This document shows, in pieces, positions 33,430 through 42,891 of a stretch of 42,891 bases of DNA. The stretch is from NCBI GenBank assembly GCA_032718475.1, contig JAUCBJ010001680.1:1-42891 (forward strand), given 5' to 3'. This stretch comes from Nemertoderma westbladi. Its lineage: Eukaryota > Animalia > Xenacoelomorpha. Made by a program: the position numbers and the translations under genes. Under the pieces are notes generated by a model. It was not told the origin of the DNA. It did not search any database and saw only the letters and a list, made by a program, of their open reading frames with translations. Each line of letters starts with the position of its first letter. Positions within the stretch are counted from its first letter, which is position 1.

Positions 33430-36400
33430 ACATACATTACATACATAGGTATAACCTAGTAGTTTATTTTATTTTTTTTATTTTATTCTTTACACCAGAC
33501 CATATTATTATTATACATGGGGTGCACAATATAACTGATCCATATCCTAATTAGCCTACTATTATTGTTATTATATTAAGCACAATTAAAGTCCTAACTA
33601 AGCCCTACTAAGTAGCTACATATTAATGTATTATGAAACCGATAGTAATTAGCAAACAAATTGACTACGATGAATTCTAGATGATTCTAGAGTACACATC
33701 ATATAAATCGTGGAAACAATTTTATTACTAGATACCTTAATTCTATTATATAAGCTCTGCACTGAACGATAGCGTAAGTGAATAAAACATGGCATATTTG
33801 AAGTACCGAAAAATAAGGACATACTGGAACGGAAGCTTAAAAAATATACGTGCAGCCGAGTTATAGGCCACTCTGACACGGTTATACACAGACTCTGAAT
33901 AGTTCAATGGTGACCACAGAGCATTGCAATACAAAGGAGTTACATATGCCCTAAACAGAGTAACTTTTACTAAATTACTACAATTATGAAATTTTCTACA
34001 CAAAGTGTTTGCACGAGCATATAAACCTCTAGTAATATTCTTGATGTCGAAATCGTCATCACGACTTACATGTATTAAATGCCCCAAATATACATATTTT
34101 TCTACTCTAGAAAGTATAGCTCCACATAAATACATAGGCGCCATAGAGAACAAATTACTGGACCGTGGGTTAAAAAACATAACTTTAGATTTCTTTAAGT
34201 TAAATAATATCCTATGGCTAATTGCATAATCAGAACAAGTATTTATCAGACGTTGTAAACCTACTGCAGAATTAGAGATCAAACAAATATCGTCTGCGTA
34301 TATAAGATGATTTATTCTACAACCATCGAGCATACAGCCTACATTAGCACAAAGTAAACTATTTGATAGATCATCCATATAAACATTGAACAGATAAGGG
34401 CTCAAAATACCACCCTGTTTTACTCCATTTGAAACCTTAAAAACCTCAGAAAACGTTGAACCCCATTTGACTTGTAGTGTTTGACACCTATGATTCTATT
34501 AAATCGCATCAGGGATCCCATTGAGAGACTGCTCCGTGGAAATCAGAATGGGTTCCGTAAAGGTCGTGGGACCATGGAGCCCATTTTGGCACTTAGAAGG
34601 ATAATTGAAGAATTATCAAAAAAGAAAGACAGGCATCTGGCTGTTATCTTTGTTGACTTCTTCAAGGCCTTTGATTCAGTCTCTCGCTCACGTATGTTCA
34701 GCATACTTTCATTATATGGGATTCCTGATGAAATTATTGCAGCAATCAGATCAGTATACGATGGTTCGACAACATTTGTGTCTACTGTTGACGGTGACAC
34801 AGAACCATTTGAAGTGTTATGGGGCGTCCTCCAAGGAGACACACTTGCACCATTCTTGTTCATTATTGTGGTTGACTATGTTCTACGCATGTCCTTAGAT
34901 CATCATAATGATGATGGGGTGATGATAACTCCACCTACTGGCTCCAGAAGTCGAGGAAATCCTGCCAAGTACCTAACTGATCTAGACTTTGCTGATGACT
35001 TAGGAGTACTCTCAGAATCATTAGAGGGAGCCCAACGGCTCCTCAGCTCATTAGAACATGCTGCTTCTAGTGTTGGTCTTTTTATTAACTCCAGAAAGAG
35101 CAAAATTCTGACAGTTAACTTTGAAAGTCCTCAGCAAGTCTCTGATCGGATGAGCATAAGCTCAAAGGATTTTATGCTTGAGCATGTGGACGACTTCTGT
35201 TACCTGGGATCATGGATCCGGAAGTCAGGTGAGGACCTTCGAATACGTAAGGGAAAGGCATGGGCAGCCTTGAATAGGCTTTCCAGGATTTGGAAGTCAC
35301 CGAGAATTAATCGGAAACTTAAGGTCCGATTATTTAGAGCAGCAGTAGTTCCAGTACTCCTCTACGGGAGTCCATGCTGGGCTCTAACTGCTGAGGACAC
35401 CAAATCTCTGGATGGCACATTCACAAGAATGCTACGCCGGGTTCATTGTGTCAAGTACAATGCACACATCTCCAACCAGACACTATATACCATTGGAGGT
35501 GTCTCATTGGTTCCCCCAAGCTTGACACTAGAACAAAATCGCCTCCGCTTTGCAGGACATTGCTTTCGCCGTGAGGACCAGCCAGTGCATCATCTTGTAC
35601 TTTGGCAGCCTCATGGAGTGAATAAGCATGGTGGACAGCCCATGACTTTCTTGAGACGCATCTTAATGGACACTGGCCTTAAAGATGCGGATGATCTAGC
35701 AAATGTCATGGGTGATAGGGAGTTGTGGCGGTGCAATTTTGTTGACAAGCCGGCACAGCATTCTTAAAAATGCAGCTGTAATGCAGCATGCCGATCCTAG
35801 TAGTAGTTGACACCTATACCAGTAAACCAATACACGAACAATATATTCTGGAACATTCCTATCTAACAGTTTGTGGAAAAGTTTGTCATGAACAATCCTA
35901 TCGAATGCCTTACTGGCATCTAGAAAGCACACGTATACAGCGGAACCATTATGAAGATAATAATCAACTATTTCTTTTAAAGTGTAAACACACATCTCAG
36001 TACCACTTTTCTTTTTATACGAGAATTGATAATTACTTGTGATTAAGTACGACTCAATGCGTGCAAAACAATATATATTCGTAAACTTTACTAAGAATCG
36101 CTAATAGAGCAATTGGTCGATAATTAGAACTGTCGTCTACTTCATCGTTCTTGTCCTTTAAAATAGGAACTAGTAAACAATGAATCATCCCTTCCGGAAT
36201 AAATCCATGCACAGTAATTGCACTCAATAAAATCGACAAAAGGACATTCAAAAGATCACTTTTACCATATATAAAATGTTCGGCAGTAATACCGTCATGT
36301 CCAGCTGCCTTCCCTAATTTTAAATTTGATATTGCACATCCTACTTCATCGGGACTAATTATCATATCAGGAGTGAATGAAATATTGGAGATACGATCGT

Positions 36401-37380
36401 CTACACTACGTACTGTAAACTCAGTAGCTGCACCGGCATTACAATTAAACAGTTCAGAATAGACACCTTTAAACATATTACAAATATTAGGCGCACCAAT
36501 TTCTTTACTTACTACATTTGGTAAAGGTACATTTATATTACTATGTTTATGTATGTTTTTCCAAAAACTCCTACTATCATCGCGGAGATGCGCAGATGCT
36601 AACTTATCCGTTCTCGTAGCTGCTTCATTACATTTACAGGTACGGAGTACACGTTTAAAATTAGCTTTGGTTGAAAGGTATTTGCGATGTAGCTCACCCT
36701 GGCGAGGAGAGCCGGCATCCCTCCATTGTTTAAAAAATGAGTGCGAGATTTCATACGCATCTTTAACCGAATCATTCCATCCCGGAATGTTGCGGTTTAT
36801 TCCAGAATCTGAAACAGATGCGCATGGTATCGAGCAATTCGCTGAGTCACGCAAAGCCGACTCAATACTAACCCAAAGTTCTGTTATGCATTCAGAGTGA
36901 TTAGTGGTTCTACACTTAGTATTAATACAATTTATTTCCTCGGGTATTGTGATACAACTCAAGGCGTTATATAATGCATTGTTATATTTGACAAAATCAG
37001 ATACACTTGCTTTATCCCATATCAGACTATCTGTTTTGGACGTAGAGTTCAAAATATTACTGATACACGTTAACATAGGTTCTACATCAATTACAAATGT
37101 TAATGGCATATGATCAGTAACAGTTACATCGTAATTAACAGCAATATTCCTAACAATTGAATTACAACTCATGCTTCCAACTACGTGGTCTAGCCACGAT
37201 GTTGTGCCAAAAGCGGCGCTAACAAATGTAAATGTGTCATGCGGTAAACACTGAGCGTCAAAAATATTTACACCAGTTTCATTGCACCAGTCAAGTAATT
37301 CTGCATAAAATGATTTACCGGGTGAGGCATTAAAATCACCTACAATGAAGCACTTAGACGTCGGTGCTGACTCAATCAGT
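33430..37380 (-). mobile_element. RTEX-like LINE (partial APE + RT) split by RTE copy 2; boundaries approximate
   Basis: IVGDFNA, WLDHV, TDHMPL (APE); KAAGHDGI, NYRPIAL, FLDASKAFD, GVKQGGILSPYLFN, LIYADDI, YLGH (RT). Confidence 0.82.
34492..35806 (+). mobile_element. RTE-clade LINE copy 2, 5'-truncated, RT frame open (ORF to 35767)
   Basis: Near-identical to 17640-19000; (TAG)n tail; 11-bp TSD TTGACACCTAT at 34481-34491 and 35807-35817. Confidence 0.95.
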
Positions 37381-37399
37381 AGTAGTACCTGCACACCGA

Positions 37400-39655
37400 C
37401 GCTTGTTGACTTAATTATCAGTTTATGTGCATTCATTTTACTGCCTGGTGCAATTTTAATATTTCATCAGTTTTAGTCAATAAAAGATCAAATTATTATT
37501 AAATTATATATAATTTATCGCGTTCTAACGCAATACTCTGCTGCACTTATTGCAGTTCTAACCTACCCTCTCTTACTGTTCCCTTTAACTGCTGCACAGT
37601 CCTTTCCATTTCTCGGACGTGCTGGGAGGAACGTATGCTTTGTTCCTCCAATTTTCCGAGCAGGAGATCCATCCCCCGCCGTCCCTCATCCACCCACTCG
37701 ACCGCCGAAGCGGGAGCCGCCAACATAGTAGCGGGTAGACGAGGGACGATGGGCGATAAATCGTGGATGTCTCGCTCGGCGTCCAAGACTGGGACTGTTT
37801 CTGTGGCTATTCTATTGGGCACAGGTAATTTAGTACTGTGCAAAGGGAATTTAGAGTTAGGTTCTGGAAGTACAGGTGTCTCTATCACCGAAGGGGTGGT
37901 TTCGAGAACAGGCCTAATTATTTCAGGCTCATCTACTATAGTAGGGAGTCTTTCTACTCTAATAATTTGGTCTGTGGGTTCTGTACTACCTAAGTCTGCA
38001 CTAGCTAGTTGCCTTCTCACAGCTGGGGGCAAATTAGGCAATTTCTGATGGTGAGGCGTTCTTCTACGTCTGCTGGAACGAGATCTATTTCCTCCGCCTT
38101 CAGGATCTGTTGTATCGCCTTCATCAGATGATGTAAATCCCTGTCTCTTGGGAGTAGATCGACTTATCATCTGCATCTGCTTAGCTGTTCTTTGTTTATT
38201 GAAGTAGTCTTGCTTCTCTTGAAGATTTTCCAACTCTAGTTGGACTGTCTCTTCAGATGCCCTCCGTTCTGCTGCTGCCACTGCCTCTGCCGCCTTTCTT
38301 TCCGCTTCTGCCGCTGCTACCTTTCTTTCCGCTTCTGCCTCTGCCGCTGCCGTTGCCGCTTTTCTTTCCGCTTCTGCCGCTTTTCTTTCCGCTTCTGCCG
38401 CTGCAGTTGCCGCTTTTCTTTCAGCCTCTGCCGCTGCAGCTGTCGCTTTTCTTTCAGCCTCTGCCGCTGCTGCTGCCTTTCTGTCTTCTATCCGTTTTTT
38501 CTTTAATTGTTCTTCCTGTTCCCTAGCGATGAGGATGCTTTCATCAAATTTAGCCTGCTCTATGGCTAACATTTCCGCATCTAATGCGTCTAACACAAAT
38601 TTGGCTCCCTCACTAGTAGGATGAAGTCCAGCTAGCCGTCTCCTTAGCTCTTTGTCGCCTATAAATCGTTGATAGTCCGACAGATAGATGTCAATGGCGT
38701 CTTTCTTCTGAGGTTTCTCTAATGTAACCTCGCTTTCCACCTGAGAAAAGGTAGCGTCTGTTGCTTCTCCGTGGGTCGAGCGCTCAGTTAGCTGAATTTT
38801 CCATTGGGTCGTTCCTTGAACTTTAAGGCTCACCCGTTGGAACTAAGTCTTTACGGCAACTTGCAACTACGTGTCTTGGCTTCTTTTCGAGGCTTCCTCA
38901 AAGGCCGATAGGATTAGTCTGATTCTTAGGATACGTTCTCGAACTTGATAAAGCAGCTCTCCCTGCTCTTGAGGTCCTTGGGGTTGTTGAAACAGTTGTT
39001 CCTCTAATCGCTCCAAAGAACTGAAGAATCCCTGTACATATCCTGCTGCCGACCTCTTCCACACAGCTGGATCTCTAGTGTCCTTTACTACTCCCATCCT
39101 GTATAAGTCCTCCCAGGCAGCTTCCGATAAGTTAAACGGGAGTCCGGGTCCGGGGAAGTTCCATTGCGTCTCGACAATAGACTTCAGTTCCTCCATTGTG
39201 TATCCCGCATAACTGTCCTTGGTCGATCGCTTACTTCTCTCCCAATCGATTTGATGTTCCTCCACCACAATCAATACTCTAGTGAGTACGGCTTCAGGAA
39301 GAATGAGAAGTGGATCCGAATAAACTGCTTCTGCTATCTTTGCTCCGCGCTCGGGTGTCAACTCTACAGTATCGGAACTACTGGAGCTATCGGGCCGCTG
39401 AGAAATAAGTTCTCGGTTCGGATGTTGCTGCTGTTTAACAGCTGCCTCTTGGACCCGCTTGACTTGAGCCCGAGTGCCTATGATAGACCTACTGTGCTTT
39501 ACTAGCCTAGGGTCTGATACTACTACTGAAGGGATGACTTTTCTTACAGTAGGAGGGGACTTGAACTTTGGTCTCAAATGTTCGGTACTCCTGTCGGAGT
39601 CACAGACTGTTGTTTCTAGGAGACTATCTGACAGAGTTTGCTTTGTGTCAGCCAT
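37400..39655 (-). pseudogene. N-terminal extension of BEL/Pao gag with an Ala-rich AAAEAERK coiled-coil repeat, interrupted by nonsense codons
   Basis: ORFs 38867..39655 and 37547..38833 are in the same frame, separated by two TAGs that are TCG and TGG in the paralog at 41852-42891. Confidence 0.75.
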
Positions 39656-39789
39656 GTTTGATTGTACAGTTGAATGCCTACTACTATAACGACAGTTAAA
39701 GCAAGTCTAGTAATTCAGTATCAACTGTTAGCCTAGTAATTAATTACCGATATCGTTACTCAATGTAACGCGATATATATATAATATAT

Positions 39790-40046
39790 TAGAATACCGG
39801 TATACACTTATAGTATATATATAAGTATTATTACAGACTAGGTTTTGTCACAGAATACCGGTATATAATTTCAGCATAAATATATATAAATATATAATAA
39901 GCCTACCGTGAATACCGGTATACAGCTTACACTTATAGAATATATAAGTATAATTATAGACTAGAATTAATTACAGAATACCGGTATATAATTTCAGCAT
40001 AAATTTATAGAAATAAATATAATAAGCCTATCGTAAATACCGGTAT
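39790..40046. repeat. AT-rich tandem duplication (~120 bp) in the BEL 5' leader
   Basis: AATACCGGTAT recurs five times; CAGAATACCGGTATATAATTTCAGCATAAAT occurs twice. Confidence 0.75.
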
Positions 40047-41154
40047 GTCAATTATTTTATAATAACTGAATTTCTGAATTTTAGGGTTACTTTTCTTTAC
40101 TTTATTACTGTTATTAAGCAGTAGTCCAACTGATAAAAAGACCTAATTGATGTATGACAGGCCTACTATTTTATAAATCGGTTTGAGTTGATTTGTAATA
40201 TATATATATATACCCTTATAATGGGTTTTGACAATATTTGAAATAAATGTTATTATTTCTGGTAAGGAGTCACTACACAGAAGCTGAACGCTCTCAGTGA
40301 AGTGCTACTTGTTGGACACTAAAACAAATAATTATACTTGACTAAGTTACTTATTACTACAAATTACGTACAATTACTGGGTGAGATTACAATCTCTAAA
40401 TAAACACAAAAATTACACGTGCAAATTTTAGGGTAATTTTACAGGAAAGCTACAAACCAGCCTAACAAGGGGTTAGAATTTCTGGTTATTACAAACGGAC
40501 AGGAAACTACGGTATTTGAAAATAATTAAGCAGTAGTAAATAAATTGCGTTGTCCAGATAAGAAAATACCACCATCTGACGACTTATAGTCTTTAGCTGT
40601 ACAGCTCTATAAGTACTACATTATGTACCCGGAGTGTCCTTACCTAGAAGTTAATTACCGCAGCCAACCAGAGCTAACGTGCCTATTAACCACTTTACAA
40701 CACAAATATACTGCCTACACACAAATTACCTTCGGAAAGTACTGTACACTAAACCCTAAATTAGGTACAAGGTACAAGCCACCTTCCTAACTAGTACTTT
40801 ATCGGACATACACTCTACACACACTGCAATCTCTTCAGACTTAACAACAGTCGGACAACAATCCAGCCTACAAATTATTTATACAATCTGAGCAGGCTTA
40901 CACGCCTTCTGCTCAATATTACACTTACAAATAAATAAAACTGACAGAAATAAGTAAAATCCCAATAAAAAACCAGGGCTGCAGTCCCCGATTAAATATC
41001 AAGACCTACCGGTATATAATTATAAAAATCGAATAATACTGTTGTACCTGTAAGTACCGGTTCGGGCAGTTGGGCAGTTAGGCCTACAGCTTACCGTTTG
41101 ACCGGTACCTTCGACTTTATTGCCTACGTGCAATCAGGAGTTTAAAACTATTAA

Positions 41155-41851
41155 TGTTCGCGCTTTTAGACCTTTAGCAGTTTAACCTGCCAATTTTAGT
41201 TGTCTTTTTTGTATATCAATTATTTAATGTACTGAAGTTACATCAGCCGAAGCCAGTCTGTGCGCGACCATTTACCCACAGTTAAGGGAGACTGGATTCG
41301 GATGCTTTGATAGTGATTGCAGTGTAGACCTACTGTATTATTCGATTGATCGTTAATATATAATCTCTGACAATATATTTACTTTTGGGGAAATATTAAC
41401 AGTTCCTTTAGGACGTGGCGCTTTAAGTATAAAACAGAGTTATGACTTATACTAATCACAACTGGATGGCTACTGAGTTTTGTAAGAAGCGCATTCTTTA
41501 GGAGATGCTTTATTAACCTTCACACTACTTCACACGACTTCACACTACTGCGCACTGATCTACCGACCGTCACTGAATTTGATCATATATAAGGAGGATC
41601 GCAACTGACACATGTAGGGATTATGAAATAGCATTCAATTCACACAAAACCCACTATAATGTAAGTCGCAGTTGCTACCGGTAAACCTGTTCCTCTAACC
41701 TTTAGTAATCAAAGAGATTGGGGGTTTTATGATTATTCATCGGTATTCTCCAAATATATCAGCAATATATACCAACATAACACCAATTAATAACAGAATC
41801 AAATAATGCGGTGAACAGTCAGTATGTGTTACTTATGCATTGTTCCATGTG
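41155..41851 (-). repeat. Truncated 5' LTR of the BEL/Pao element
   Basis: 697-bp near-identical direct repeat of 23425-24121; identity stops abruptly at 41851. Confidence 0.88.
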
Positions 41852-42891
41852 ACAAGAGCAGGGATCGCTGCTTTATCAAGTTAGAGAAAGAGTTCTGCGG
41901 ATTAGGCTAATCTTATCCGCCTTTGAGGAGGCTTCTAAAAGAAAACAAGACACGTCGTTGCAAGTTGCCGTAAAGACTTGGTTTCAACGGGTGAGTCGCC
42001 AGGTTCAAGGAGCAGCTCAGTGGAAAGCTCAGTTGGAGGAGCGCTCAACCCATGGAGAATCAACAGACGCTACTTTTTCCCAAGTGGAAAGTGAAGCGAC
42101 GGCAGAGAAACCGCATAAGAGGGATGCCATTGACATCTATCTGTCAGACTATCAGCGTTTTGTAGGTGATGAAGAGTTGAGGAGAAGGTTAGAGGGACTT
42201 AGCCCTAATAGCGAAGGAGCCCAGCGTCGTGTTGGATGCGATTGATGTGGATAGGTTAGCGGCGAACCAAGCTAAATTCGATGAACAACTCCGCATCGCT
42301 AGAGACCAAGAAGAACAAGTCAAGAAAAAACGTATAGAAGACAGAAAGACAGCGGCAGTGGCAGCAGCAGTGGCAGCTGCAGAAGCAGAAACAAAAGCGG
42401 CAGCGGCAGTGGCAGAAGCAGAAACAAAAGCGGCAGCGGCAGTGGCAGCAGCAGAGGCAAAAGCGGCAGTAGCAGCAGCAAAGGCAGCGGCCGAAGCGGA
42501 AGGACGCAAGCGGGAGGCAGTGGCAGAAGCCGAACGGAGAGCGACTGAAGAAACCACCCAATTAGAATTGGAAAACATTCAGGAGAATCAAGACTGCATA
42601 AATAAACAGTTAACAGCTAGTAATATGCAGATGATGAATCGATCTACTCCCAAACGACAGGGATATACATCATCTGAGGAAGGCGATACCACCGACACTG
42701 AAGGCGGAAGAAATCGATCTCGCCTAAGCAGACGTAAAAGAACATTCCACCGGCAGAAATTGCCTGATTTGCCTCCAGCTGTTAGAAGGCAACTAAATAA
42801 CACCAAAGTAGGTAGTACAGAACCCACAGACCAAATAATTACAATAGAGAGACTCCCTACTATAGTAGATGAGCCTGAAATAATTAGGCCT
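41852..42891 (+). pseudogene. Diverged, oppositely oriented paralog fragment of the gag N-terminal region; runs off the window
   Basis: Encodes ERSTHGESTDATFSQVESE..DAIDIYLSDYQRF..LPPAVRRQL..ERLPTIVDEPEIIRP, matching the minus strand of 38970->37910; frameshift near 42225. Confidence 0.85.

Larger units (their letters stand above)
23425..41851 (-). mobile_element. BEL/Pao LTR retrotransposon, non-autonomous, with nested insertions
   Basis: Paired LTR sequence; gag with the BEL triple Cys/His knuckle; DSG protease; NPADIASRG and RPVGRLCLL pol remnants. Confidence 0.9.

Noticed and set aside
38240-38526. Cys/Arg-rich and Leu/Pro-rich ORFs (also 42189..42578)
   Set aside because: Antisense shadows of the Ala-rich gag repeat
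38834-38869. Programmed stop-codon readthrough between the two gag ORFs
   Set aside because: The paralog at 41852+ has sense codons (TCG, TGG) at both positions, so these are nonsense mutations

Overview
AT-rich eukaryotic (probably invertebrate animal) genomic DNA made almost entirely of nested mobile elements; no host gene is recognisable. 1-15418 is the right-hand part of an endogenous Polinton/Maverick (adintovirus-like) DNA virus. Its + strand carries the integrase/chromodomain end, two tandem penton-like genes, a basic core-like protein, the major capsid protein, an adenain protease and a conserved accessory ORF. Its - strand carries a disrupted endonuclease-VII-containing protein-primed PolB (split by a TTAA piggyBac-like element), an apparently intact divergent TATA-binding-protein-like ORF, and orphan/PC4-like ORFs. 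The Polinton inserted into the endonuclease domain of an RTE LINE with a 6-bp TSD (GACATG), and its other terminus plus left flank reappears inverted at 16048-16400. After a MITE/satellite-rich stretch (19-23 kb) that includes an X-box-periodic ~152-bp array, 23425-41851 is a large minus-strand BEL/Pao LTR element. It lacks RT and most of RNase H/integrase, has an extra degenerate 3' ORF, and hosts a Kolobok-like MITE, a CR1-like LINE and an RTEX-like LINE that contains a second RTE copy. The window ends in an inverted, diverged gag paralog. All family calls come from motif recognition by eye, not from database searches.
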